A DNA stretch of 64,000 bases from Flavobacterium sp. GTDB lineage: Bacteria > Bacteroidota > Bacteroidia > Flavobacteriales > Flavobacteriaceae. Positions 1 through 9,038 of the stretch are shown one piece after another. The stretch covers positions 9,991 to 73,990 of the forward strand of contig JAIXSK010000006.1 of the NCBI GenBank assembly GCA_027484725.1. The letters run 5' to 3'. How positions within the stretch are numbered: position 1 is the stretch's first letter; the number at the start of each line of letters is the position of its first letter. Under the pieces are notes generated by a model. That model made no database searches and was not told where the DNA came from. It was given only the letters and a program-made list of their open reading frames with translations. The position numbers and the translations under genes were made by a program.

Positions 1-174
1 CAAAGGAAAAACGGTCCATAAATCTTGTGCAAGCAAATCTTCTACTGAAACATGCAGCAATTGGCAATAAGCCTTATTGGCAGAGCATATCTGATAGGTC
101 GGGCTCAACACAAGCAGCGCATTGGGGCTATCCTCAAACAAGGTTTGGTAGTTGATATTGACGGTAGCGTCCAT
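1..174 (-). CDS. PAS-domain sensor protein, N-terminal fragment (gene runs off the left edge)
   Basis: ATG at 174 on the minus strand is preceded by an in-frame stop. The translation MDATVNINYQTLFEDSPNALLVLSPTYQICSANKAYCQLLHVSVEDLLAQDLWTVFP looks like the start of a PAS fold. The ORF is absent from the supplied track because it is truncated. Confidence 0.4.
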   Translation of the reverse strand, partial: MDATVNINYQTLFEDSPNALLVLSPTYQICSANKAYCQLLHVSVEDLLAQDLWTVFPL

Positions 175-336
175 AATGCTTATGATCTGTCTTTGGAAAG
201 GTAGTGTATATTATGCACAAAACAGCACATCACCCAAACAATGTTTGGGCCTGCTGACTCTTCCCCAAGAGCAATCGGCCGGATAGGCTGTCTCAAGACC
301 TATTAATGTACTGAAATGCAATAGCAGCAACTTAAA

Positions 337-1008
337 TTACAGCATATATTCGTACTGATAATCTACAGTTAATTGATTGTTTACTTGAGTAACACCGGGG
401 GTTTTCCAAGCAATTTTGGCTGCCTCATCTTTTTGGTACAACGAGGCCACACTGCCTATTAAGGTAATTTGGCTGCCGGCCACCACCACCTCGATGGCAG
501 CCGGATTGATGGCCCAGTGATGTCGCAAAGCTTTTTCGACAATTCTCTTTTCGAGCTCATTGACCCAAACCGATCTGATTTTAAGGTTGTTGACCACCCG
601 TCTAATGCCCGATAAATGGGCAATCAATCGGTTGGCAGCTTCTTTTTGATAGTGCCAAGTAACGTCGCCACTTAGGGTAACGCAGCCGTTTTCTACCTTG
701 ATTTGTATGCGTTGATCGGGCATATCCCAATGATTTTGCAGTGCTTTTAAAACATTTTGTGCCAAGACCTCATCCGTAATAGCCTGGGCACTGGGGTACA
801 CTACTTCTATTTTTTCGATGAGCGCTTTTACACCGGGTACTTTTTTTACGATGCCTTCAGCGGTCATTTTTTTGGCATAATGGTCTAAAATTCCCGTTAG
901 GGTAACTACCCCTTCGTGTACAATAACACCTATTTCGGCTGCGTGCAGTTGCGGATCCCATTTAAGGGCTTCCATGACGTCTTTTTGAAGTTGTTCATTG
1001 CTTTTCAT
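337..1008 (-). CDS. BON domain-containing protein (OsmY-like, three BON modules)
   Basis: Three repeats of the BON pattern are present: GVVTLTG..A..I..V.GVKALIEKIEV, GCVTLSG...IRRVVNNLKI and SQITLIG...GVTQVNNQLTV. Confidence 0.8.
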   Translation of the reverse strand: MKSNEQLQKDVMEALKWDPQLHAAEIGVIVHEGVVTLTGILDHYAKKMTAEGIVKKVPGVKALIEKIEVVYPSAQAITDEVLAQNVLKALQNHWDMPDQRIQIKVENGCVTLSGDVTWHYQKEAANRLIAHLSGIRRVVNNLKIRSVWVNELEKRIVEKALRHHWAINPAAIEVVVAGSQITLIGSVASLYQKDEAAKIAWKTPGVTQVNNQLTVDYQYEYML

Positions 1009-1321
1009 TGTGTATCTAAATTAGGGTTGATAAAACTTTATGGGTCAACTGACTGCTATGTCAGAATTACTTTGTAAATTTATAATGCCTCCTCGGCAGA
1101 TTCCCTGATAGGCATCATCGGAAATCATGATAAAAAACAAGTTCGCCTAGCTTCAGAATCTAACTTCTTCTACTGTAGGGCTTTCCGCTGACCCTAAATA
1201 TCGTTGCGTTTTGGATGATTATTTTCATGGGTTGCCCTAAAAAAGCTGTTTTGCATTGAGCAGCAACCCGCTCAAAGTTTGCTGACTGTGTTCAGTTTTG
1301 TTTCACAAATACCTTTAGAAC

Positions 1322-2371
1322 ATGCACACCATACTTGTGATTGAAGATCATTTTGACATCAGAGAAAACATGGCCGAAATACTCGAGCTGGCCAACTACC
1401 GGGTACTGAAAGCCGAAAATGGCAAAACGGGCGTTGAAATGGCGCTCAAGGATTTACCCGATCTTATTTTGTGTGACATCATGATGGACGAACTAGACGG
1501 TTATGGAGTTTTGCATTTGTTGGGCAAACATCCACAAACCAATACTATTCCGTTTGTATTTATTACGGCCAAAACCCAAAGACAAGAACTGAGAAAAGGC
1601 ATGGAAATGGGTGCTGATGATTATTTGATGAAGCCTTTTGACGATATAGAACTCTTGCATACGGTAGAAACACGGCTGAAAAAAAAATCACTTCAAATGG
1701 ATTTTTACAGTCGGCCGCTTCAAGAAATAACACAATCATCAACACAAACAAACGGACTCACCGTTTTGAATCAAATCATAGGGGAACGCAAATTGCGGTT
1801 GGTCAGAAAAAAACAAGCCCTGTATTATGAAGGTGACCCGGTAACGGGAATTTATTGGGTGCATTCAGGCCAAATGAAGACCACTAAAATGGCTGAAGAC
1901 GGCCGAGAACTCATTACCGGTATTTATGATGCCCAACACTTTATAGCCACCCATCAGTTATTTTCAAACAAGGTGCACACTGACAACGCTTGGGCACTCG
2001 AAGACAGTGAAGTGAGTTTTTTTTCGATGCAAGAAATTGAAAAACTCATCAGTCAATATCCGGATTTGGGTAGTAAATTCATTCAAATACTGTCAGATGA
2101 AGTCGTTGAAAAAGAAGATCAGTTACTACAAATGGCCTATTCATCGGTACGTAAAAGAATTGCTGAAATCATACTGAATCTTCACCAACAACACGGTATC
2201 AACCAACAATATATGCAACTAAGCAGGTTTGAGTTGGCTCAGTTATCGGGAACAGCTCCTGAAACCGTGAGCCGAACCTTGTCTGAATTTGAGCAAGAGG
2301 GCCTGATTGAAAAAAACCGAAATACAATTACATTGATTGATTTGGTCAAACTCAGAAAACTCAAAAACTAA
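1322..2371 (+). CDS. Hybrid response regulator: receiver domain fused to a Crp/Fnr-type cNMP-binding-like domain and HTH
   Basis: The N-terminus has receiver motifs (LILCDIMMDELDGYG, FITAK, MKPF). The C-terminal half has a Crp-like beta-barrel and the HTH ELAQLSGTAPETVSRTLSEFEQEGLI. Confidence 0.85.
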   Translation: MHTILVIEDHFDIRENMAEILELANYRVLKAENGKTGVEMALKDLPDLILCDIMMDELDGYGVLHLLGKHPQTNTIPFVFITAKTQRQELRKGMEMGADDYLMKPFDDIELLHTVETRLKKKSLQMDFYSRPLQEITQSSTQTNGLTVLNQIIGERKLRLVRKKQALYYEGDPVTGIYWVHSGQMKTTKMAEDGRELITGIYDAQHFIATHQLFSNKVHTDNAWALEDSEVSFFSMQEIEKLISQYPDLGSKFIQILSDEVVEKEDQLLQMAYSSVRKRIAEIILNLHQQHGINQQYMQLSRFELAQLSGTAPETVSRTLSEFEQEGLIEKNRNTITLIDLVKLRKLKN

Positions 2372-2418
2372 ATCCTGAGACCATACAACAAATCAAATCA
2401 ACCATTCAAAAACAACGT

Positions 2419-4992
2419 ATGTCAAACAGCAATAGTCAATCATCGTTTCAGAATCATTTTAAAATAAACGGCTTGACCTCAGAACAAGTATTGGCTGCCA
2501 GAGCGCGATTTGGAAACAACAAACTAGAATTCCATCAAGCGCACCCTTTGTGGACGTTTGTCAAAGAAGCAGTCAAAGACCCCATGGTTATTTTATTGCT
2601 TTGCACTTCATTGATTTATTTTGTGGGCGGCCAAATAGGTGACGGTTTTTTTTTGACGGCTGCCTTGGTTTTTATTCTGGCAATTTCTGGCTATCAAGAT
2701 AACCGAAACCGCAAAGCACTAGCGCAATTACAAGACCAAACCCAACCCAAATGCAAGGTAATACGCAACGGTGCACTGGTTGAGATTCACAACAGCGAAC
2801 TAGTCATCGGTGACTGTCTTTGGTTAGAAGAAGGCAACCTGATTTGGGCCGATGCAAAGCTCGTGCATGCGCATGACTTCTCAGTAAATGAATCTATTAT
2901 TACTGGTGAATCAATGCCGGTCATGAAAAACAGCTCAGGTGCTGATTTGTTGATTTATTCAGGAACCACCGTCACAACCGGATGGGCCATTGGCACAGTG
3001 GTTCAAATTGGGAATCAAACCGAAATCGGAAAAATTGGCAGCAGTCTGAGTCAAATAAATATTGAAAAGACACCTCTTGAGCAACAAATTGCCCACTTTG
3101 TTGTTAAAATGGCTTGGGTGGGGTTGGCTATTTTTTTGATGGTTTGGGTGGTCAACTACCTGCACAGCCAAAGTTTTATCTTGAGTTTACTCAGAGCACT
3201 TACCTTGGCCATGAGCATATTGCCCGAAGAAATTCCTGTGGCCTTCTCGACTTTTATGGCATTGGGGGCCTGGCGATTGATGCAAACCGGCTGCTTGGTC
3301 AAACAAATGAAAACGGTTGAGACTTTAGGGAGTGCAACAGTCATTTGTACCGATAAAACAGGTACCCTCACCCAAAATCAAATGAGTCTGACGCAGATGT
3401 ATGCTCTGGGGAGCCTTCAGGCTACTTCATTAGAGCAGCCCTTATCGGCCGCAGAGAAACGGCTGTTGACGACAGCTATGTGGGCCAGTGAGACACACCC
3501 TTTTGACCCAATGGAAGTGGCTTTGCACCGCTGCTATGAAGATTTTTTAGTTACCGATGAGCGGCCCCATTATCAATTGATACACGAATATCCACTCATG
3601 GGCCAACCACCAATGATGACCCACATTTTTCAAAATATCGCAGGCCACAGAATTATAGCCGCTAAGGGGGCACCCGAAGCTTTGATGGCTATTTCAAATC
3701 TTACTGAGCTGCAAAAAGAAAAAATCCATCAGATCATTGCTCAAATGGCAGCGCAAGGATACAGAATCCTGGGCGTGGGGTCAGGTCATACGTCAGAAAC
3801 TGTTTTTCCGGAAAAACAAAATGAATTTAACTTTGAATTTTTAGGGCTCTTAGCTTTTTATGACCCACCCAAGAAAAACATAACTCAGGTGCTTCAGGGG
3901 TTTTATCAAGCAGGAATTGGGGTAAAAATCATTACAGGCGATCATACCCTCACAACCCAATCTTTAGCCCAAAAAATTGGATTTATAGGCTATCAAGAGT
4001 GCATAACCGGCGATCAGCTCATGAAACTGTCGCAAAGTGAACTGCGCTTTTGTGTTAAAACTACCTATATTTTTACGCGTATGTTTCCAGAGGCCAAGCT
4101 TAGAATCATTAATGCCTTGAAAGAAAATCACAATATTGTGGCCATGACCGGTGACGGTGTCAACGATGCACCAGCCCTCAAATCAGCCCATATTGGTATT
4201 GCCATGGGAAAAAAGGGATCTGAAATAGCCAAACAAGCGGCCTCGCTGATTCTGATGGAGGACGATTTGTCAAAAATGATTGATGCAGTGGCGATGGGAC
4301 GCAGAATATATATGAATCTTAAAAAGGCAATTCAATATATCATTTCTATTCATATTCCCATTGTATTGATTGTTTTTGTGCCCTTGGTATTGGATTGGGT
4401 TTATCCGAATATTTTCTCGCCCATCCATATCATCTTTCTTGAAATGATCATGGGGCCCACCTGCTCTATTATTTATGAACGAGAACCCATTGAAAAAAAC
4501 ACCATGCAACAAAAGCCAAGACCCTTTACTAAAACTTTTTTTAACGGCAGAGAGTTATGGGTGAGCATCATACAAGGACTAGTCATTTCGGCAGGGACAC
4601 TTGTGATGTATCAGTATTCGGTGGGGCTGAGGTATGATTTGGCTTTGACCCGAACCATGGTTTTTACCGTATTGATGACAGCCAACATCATGTTGACTCT
4701 TGAAAATCGGTCTTTAAATGAACCTCTGATCAAAACAATTCTTTACAAAAACAATTTGATTCCGCTGGTGGTTTTTGTAACTCTATCACTTTTGGGATTG
4801 CTGTTATATTGGACTCCTTTGACACATTTCTTTGAACTAAAACCGCTTTCAGGAACCCAATTATTTAGCTGCTGTGCTGTAGGAATCATTTGTGTGTTGT
4901 GGTTTGAAATAATCAAAGTGTTCAAGAAAAACTTTAAGCCAATACATACGAGCACAATGTCAAAAGAAACTTTTAGCGAAACGCTTAGGTAA
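2419..4992 (+). CDS. Cation-translocating P-type ATPase (type II, Ca2+/Mg2+-like)
   Basis: Carries the ITGES actuator motif, the CTDKTGTLT phosphorylation site, the MTGDGVNDAPALK hinge and multiple C-terminal TM helices. Confidence 0.95.
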   Translation: MSNSNSQSSFQNHFKINGLTSEQVLAARARFGNNKLEFHQAHPLWTFVKEAVKDPMVILLLCTSLIYFVGGQIGDGFFLTAALVFILAISGYQDNRNRKALAQLQDQTQPKCKVIRNGALVEIHNSELVIGDCLWLEEGNLIWADAKLVHAHDFSVNESIITGESMPVMKNSSGADLLIYSGTTVTTGWAIGTVVQIGNQTEIGKIGSSLSQINIEKTPLEQQIAHFVVKMAWVGLAIFLMVWVVNYLHSQSFILSLLRALTLAMSILPEEIPVAFSTFMALGAWRLMQTGCLVKQMKTVETLGSATVICTDKTGTLTQNQMSLTQMYALGSLQATSLEQPLSAAEKRLLTTAMWASETHPFDPMEVALHRCYEDFLVTDERPHYQLIHEYPLMGQPPMMTHIFQNIAGHRIIAAKGAPEALMAISNLTELQKEKIHQIIAQMAAQGYRILGVGSGHTSETVFPEKQNEFNFEFLGLLAFYDPPKKNITQVLQGFYQAGIGVKIITGDHTLTTQSLAQKIGFIGYQECITGDQLMKLSQSELRFCVKTTYIFTRMFPEAKLRIINALKENHNIVAMTGDGVNDAPALKSAHIGIAMGKKGSEIAKQAASLILMEDDLSKMIDAVAMGRRIYMNLKKAIQYIISIHIPIVLIVFVPLVLDWVYPNIFSPIHIIFLEMIMGPTCSIIYEREPIEKNTMQQKPRPFTKTFFNGRELWVSIIQGLVISAGTLVMYQYSVGLRYDLALTRTMVFTVLMTANIMLTLENRSLNEPLIKTILYKNNLIPLVVFVTLSLLGLLLYWTPLTHFFELKPLSGTQLFSCCAVGIICVLWFEIIKVFKKNFKPIHTSTMSKETFSETLR

Positions 4993-5002
4993 CATCCTCA
5001 AC

Positions 5003-5956
5003 CTATTTTTTTGAGGCTCTAATCAATTTATCATTAATCGTTTTGCCCAAACCTTGATCAGGCATTCGCTGAGCAATAATAACATCGAGTTGCAAATGGT
5101 CTAATCGGTGCATGGCGGCATATAAATTTTGCGCGGCCTCTTGCAGGTTGCCCGATGCTGACAATACTTCTTGGTGGGCAATCAAAGAGCTTGATATTTT
5201 ATTTTGCAAGGCCAACACACCTATCTTTTTACCTGAAAACAACGATATAAATGACTGCACATCATCGGTTAAAAAAGTATCGGTATTGGGCGCATAATGT
5301 CTTGAAAGCATCCCCGGGGCCTCAGGGGCTTGCTCATTGTGCAAAATAAAGCTTAAGCTACCGGTGATTTTTTCAATTTCTTCTGCCGCAATTGAGCCAT
5401 GCCGATACAAAACGGGTTGTTGGTTTACAAATCCGATGATGGTAGATTCTATGCCTCTGCTACAAGGGCCGCCGTCTAAAACCACTTCAAGGTCGTGGCC
5501 AAAATAATCAAAAACATGCTGGGCGGTAGTGGGGCTAATTGAGCCAAACGGATTGGCACTTGGGGCAACCAACGGAAAAGGCAGGTTTTCTAACAGTTCT
5601 AAAGTCAATGGATGATTGGGTACCCGCACAGCCACAGTGGGTTTTCCGGCGGTAATAACGTCAGAAATATGGGCTTGTTTTTCTAAGAGCAAAGTCAAAG
5701 GTCCGGGCCAAAATGCTTGGGCCAGTTCAAAGGCCAGCGCTGGGATGTTCTGCGCAATTTCAGAAAGCGCATCGGCTGATTTAAGGTGTACAATTAACGG
5801 ATTATGGGCCGGTCTTTTTTTAAGAGCATATATTTTTTGTACCGCCAAATCACTGTAAGCATTGGCCGCCAAGCCATAAACAGTTTCAGTAGGAATGGCC
5901 ACCAATTCATTCTTTAGCAATGTTTGAACGGCCTTTTGCAGATGGTTAGTAATCAT
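5003..5956 (-). CDS. L-threonylcarbamoyladenylate synthase (Sua5/YwlC long form, t6A pathway)
   Basis: YrdC-fold motifs AIPTETVYGLAANA, KKRPAHNPLIVH and APSANPFG are followed by a Sua5 C-terminal domain. ATG at 5956 is preferred over the TTG at 5986, which would overlap the upstream gene. Confidence 0.9.
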   Translation of the reverse strand: MITNHLQKAVQTLLKNELVAIPTETVYGLAANAYSDLAVQKIYALKKRPAHNPLIVHLKSADALSEIAQNIPALAFELAQAFWPGPLTLLLEKQAHISDVITAGKPTVAVRVPNHPLTLELLENLPFPLVAPSANPFGSISPTTAQHVFDYFGHDLEVVLDGGPCSRGIESTIIGFVNQQPVLYRHGSIAAEEIEKITGSLSFILHNEQAPEAPGMLSRHYAPNTDTFLTDDVQSFISLFSGKKIGVLALQNKISSSLIAHQEVLSASGNLQEAAQNLYAAMHRLDHLQLDVIIAQRMPDQGLGKTINDKLIRASKK

Positions 5957-5964
5957 AACATGGT

Positions 5965-6801
5965 TTAAGGATTGCAAATATCGCAATACATAGGGTCTTC
6001 TGTAAATTTATGGTGCGGAAATTTTTCTTCATGGGTATAGCGGCAATGGGCACAGGTATACACATAACTCAAAGTACTACGTGTGGGTGTTCGGCACAAA
6101 GAACAAGGCAAGCCGGGCAATACATCAGTTACTCCAAAACCGGGCGTTTGGCACTGCGGACAACACGACTTGATTTTTGCGGCGAGTTTTTGCGTGGCTT
6201 GCTCAATCACTTTCATTCTGCTGGGGTTGAACATGGCCCGCATGTCGGTTTCTACATAAGCGGTTCCGCAGGCAGAGATTAAATTGTGAAAAATATGCAA
6301 AAGGGTTTTCTTGTTGGTGATTCCTTTGTGTATTTCGGTATAGTCATTGGGGGCTTTTCTCAAAATCAATCCGTGCTCAGGAAATTGACTTCTTTGTGTA
6401 AATTCAAGCAATTCTTCTTCGGTTTTCACTTCGCTGCCCTGAAAATTTGTATCTACACTTAATTCTCTGACTATGATTTCTAAATGGTTTTTTTGATCAA
6501 TAAACAAAAGGATTTCGTCATCGGCAGCAGCAAAAAACAATGTCGGATGCGGACCAAACGAGCCTTCACTGGCCACAGCCATATCACAACCGCTGATTTC
6601 CATGGCCCGATAACATTTCTTTCTGGCGGTGGTAACCGGGTCATCATATCGCGCTACTTCGCCGGTAAAAGTCCCGAGTATATCTGTGTCTAAAGCAGGA
6701 TCTGTAAAGCAAGTAACCCCCAGTTCTTTTTCAAGAATGGGGGCAATTACCTGCTCTTTTTGATGCTTGGTTGCTATGATGAGCTTTCTTTCTGCGAACA
6801 T
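5965..6801 (-). CDS. Uncharacterised protein: N-terminal alpha/beta domain plus C-terminal double zinc ribbon (4 CxxC pairs); possibly the DUF6671 family
   Basis: The C-terminus has CCPQC...CSLC...CAHC...CDIC. The N-terminus (IATKHQKEQV, GTFTGE, ASEGSFGPHP) loosely recalls the Ham1/Maf ITPase motif order. The family name is from memory and unverified. Confidence 0.7.
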   Translation of the reverse strand: MFAERKLIIATKHQKEQVIAPILEKELGVTCFTDPALDTDILGTFTGEVARYDDPVTTARKKCYRAMEISGCDMAVASEGSFGPHPTLFFAAADDEILLFIDQKNHLEIIVRELSVDTNFQGSEVKTEEELLEFTQRSQFPEHGLILRKAPNDYTEIHKGITNKKTLLHIFHNLISACGTAYVETDMRAMFNPSRMKVIEQATQKLAAKIKSCCPQCQTPGFGVTDVLPGLPCSLCRTPTRSTLSYVYTCAHCRYTHEEKFPHHKFTEDPMYCDICNP

Positions 6802-6808
6802 AAATAAG

Positions 6809-7090
6809 TTAGTCGTCTAACAAGGTGATATTGATTTCAGAACGCACCAAAAGTTTTTGGTTTTGTGATTTGGCTTGGTGTAAGATGGCCTGCAACTTGT
6901 CAATTTCTTTTTGCAACTCGGGAATTCTCTTGACAGACATTTCGTCGTCTTTTCCGAAACGCTCTTGTGAACTCCAATTCTTGATGTTGTGAAAATTGAT
7001 TTTTGACTTGAGCACATGCAAGACAATCTCGGCCGCCTCGTCATGATCAAAGACACCGTCTATCGGAATTAATTTTTCAGTGTTTTTCAT
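6809..7090 (-). CDS. Small coiled-coil protein, paralog of 7256..7495
   Basis: ATG at 7090 starts MKNTEKLIPIDGVFDH.... It aligns with the 79-aa ORF: I.G.F...KI.(F/Y)H..K....(I/L)..LQ.(E)...L....(I)(N/G)IT. The longer 119-aa version in the track overlaps the upstream gene heavily and is not favoured. Confidence 0.55.
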   Translation of the reverse strand: MKNTEKLIPIDGVFDHDEAAEIVLHVLKSKINFHNIKNWSSQERFGKDDEMSVKRIPELQKEIDKLQAILHQAKSQNQKLLVRSEINITLLDD

Positions 7091-7259
7091 GGATGACTGT
7101 TTTGCGGATGGGTATAAATTTAAGGGCACAGATGCCGGCAATAATGCCCAAAGCGGCCCAGAGTTCACTGCTTGTATTTAGTGCAGATTTAAATGACAAA
7201 GCCAATAAAATCAAGCTGAGCAATAAACAAACGAATGTAATTAATAGCTTAGAAATCAT
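7077..7259 (-). CDS. Small two-TM membrane peptide (60 aa)
   Basis: Two hydrophobic helices (LLITFVCLLLSLILLALSF and WAALGIIAGICAL). The start overlaps the upstream stop by 4 nt (ATGA), and the 3' end overlaps the next start by 14 nt. Confidence 0.45.
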   Translation of the reverse strand: MISKLLITFVCLLLSLILLALSFKSALNTSSELWAALGIIAGICALKFIPIRKTVIHEKH

Positions 7260-7495
7260 ATGACTGTAATGTTACCTTCCACTGTAAAAACCTGACCTCC
7301 TTTGACTTTTTCTCTGAGCTGGTGCAATTCGTTCTGAAGCAGCTTGATTTTTGACTCACGGGCTTTGATGTCTTCTTCACTAGAATGTGTGGTAATTTTC
7401 TGCTCGTGGTACTGAATTTTAAGTTGTATCATTTGGGTAATCAGCGCTAGGGTGTCTTGTGCACTAAATGCTCCGTGGATGAGTTGTATGTTCAT
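7256..7495 (-). CDS. Small coiled-coil protein, paralog of 6809..7090
   Basis: MNIQLIHGAFSAQD...KIQYHEQK...KIKLLQNELHQLREK...GNITVI is collinear with the 94-aa protein. It starts 12 nt after the IDH stop. Confidence 0.55.
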   Translation of the reverse strand: MNIQLIHGAFSAQDTLALITQMIQLKIQYHEQKITTHSSEEDIKARESKIKLLQNELHQLREKVKGGQVFTVEGNITVI

Positions 7496-7507
7496 ATCTT
7501 GATGATT

Positions 7508-8944
7508 TTATTGTCCTTGACCTAATGAATAAGCCGCTTTTCCGTCAAACGAATAAAGGTTTTCAGTTTTGATGGTATCAATACCTTCATGCAGGGCGTT
7601 TTTGAGCAACTCAATAATGCCTGACTTGTCAATAGAAGCTTGTGCGGTTGGTTTAAATCGACAGCGCCAGTGGTCTGTACAAAAAGTTTCTTTAAAACCG
7701 TCGGGCCAAACTTTAATACCGCGATTGGTAATCATTGACAACTCAATACCGTTGGTTTGAATTTTTTGCACCTGAGCCGCCAGTTCATTAGGATCAGTAC
7801 CCGTCCAGTGTACAAAAACATCCACCCCTACCAATTCTTTGTTTTTGGCCGGTTTGCGTTGGTATTTATGCAGATGCAAGGCCGCATTGTTGGCATAGGA
7901 TACCGGAGTTAAAATAACCGGTTTTTGTCCGAGGTTGGCAATTACTGCTTGCGCAAATTCTTGGGTACCCACCTTTTGTTTGCTGGTTGCTTCGTTGTAA
8001 ATATCATAGGTATGAATGCCATCTTCAAGGGTTTTAAGCCATGCGTTTTGCACTTTTTCAGCTACTTCGGTTTGACCAATGTGGTTGAGCATCATAATGG
8101 CTCCTTGCAACAATCCCGACGGATTGGCTACATTTTGGCCGGCTCTTCGGGGTGCCGAACCGTGAATGGCTTCAAACATCGAGCACTCTTCACCAATATT
8201 GGCAGAGCCCGCCAAACCCACTGATCCTGTAATTTGTGCGGCCACATCGCTCAAAACATCCCCGTATAAGTTGGGCATCACAATTACATCAAAAGCCTCT
8301 GGAGTATCGGCCATCTTAGCGGCACCGATGTCAATAATCCAATGCTCGTTTTCAATTTCTGGGTACTCTTGGGCAATCTCATCAAATACTTGGTGAAACA
8401 AGCCATCAGTTTGCTTCATGATGTTGTCTTTGGTAAAACAAGTCACTTTTTTTCGGTTTTGCTGTTTGGCATATTCAAAGGCGTAACGCACTATCTTTTC
8501 GCAACCCGGTCTGCTGATGAGTTTCAGACACTGAACTACTTCATCGGTTTGTTGGTGCTCAATTCCGGCGTACAAATCTTCTTCGTTTTCGCGAATGATG
8601 ACAATGTCCATCACCGGGTGTTTGGTAGTTACAAAAGGATGCAAACTTCTGCAAGGCCGCACATTTGAATACAAGCCCAGAAACTTGCGCGTAGTTACAT
8701 TCAAACTCTTATAACCGCCGCCTTGTGGGGTAGTAATGGGTGCCTTTAAAAAGATTTTGTTTCTTCGGATGGTTTCCCATGAAGCATCGCTGATGCCTGA
8801 AGTGTTTCCGGCCAAATAGACCTTTTCACCCACTTCAATTTCATCAATTTCAATTTGGGCTCCTGCGGCCAAAATAATTTCAAGAGTTGCGTCCATGATT
8901 TCCGGACCAATTCCGTCTCCTTTTGCTACTGTTATTCTTGTCAT
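7508..8944 (-). CDS. icd: Isocitrate dehydrogenase (isocitrate/isopropylmalate dehydrogenase family, long ~480-aa form)
   Basis: Motifs GDGIGPEI, NVRPC, NLYGDVLSD and HGSAP, plus a C-terminal extension of about 120 aa typical of the long Bacteroidota-type enzyme. Confidence 0.88.
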   Translation of the reverse strand: MTRITVAKGDGIGPEIMDATLEIILAAGAQIEIDEIEVGEKVYLAGNTSGISDASWETIRRNKIFLKAPITTPQGGGYKSLNVTTRKFLGLYSNVRPCRSLHPFVTTKHPVMDIVIIRENEEDLYAGIEHQQTDEVVQCLKLISRPGCEKIVRYAFEYAKQQNRKKVTCFTKDNIMKQTDGLFHQVFDEIAQEYPEIENEHWIIDIGAAKMADTPEAFDVIVMPNLYGDVLSDVAAQITGSVGLAGSANIGEECSMFEAIHGSAPRRAGQNVANPSGLLQGAIMMLNHIGQTEVAEKVQNAWLKTLEDGIHTYDIYNEATSKQKVGTQEFAQAVIANLGQKPVILTPVSYANNAALHLHKYQRKPAKNKELVGVDVFVHWTGTDPNELAAQVQKIQTNGIELSMITNRGIKVWPDGFKETFCTDHWRCRFKPTAQASIDKSGIIELLKNALHEGIDTIKTENLYSFDGKAAYSLGQGQ

Positions 8945-9038
8945 TTTAAAAAAATTATTGATTTGAACAGGGCAAAGTTGAAGAACTTATTTTATTTATT
9001 TTTATTTATATTTGTAATAAAATGTATAAGATATATTT

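Noticed and set aside
6809-7168. The 119-aa version of the small coiled-coil protein, and the overlapping 79-aa ORF 6817..7056.
   Set aside because: The extension (MNSGPLWALLPASVPLNLYPSAKQSS) overlaps most of the 2-TM peptide gene in another frame and has no counterpart in the paralog. ATG 7090 gives a product collinear with the 79-aa paralog. The ORF 6817..7056 is an alternative frame of the same DNA with a basic, low-complexity translation.
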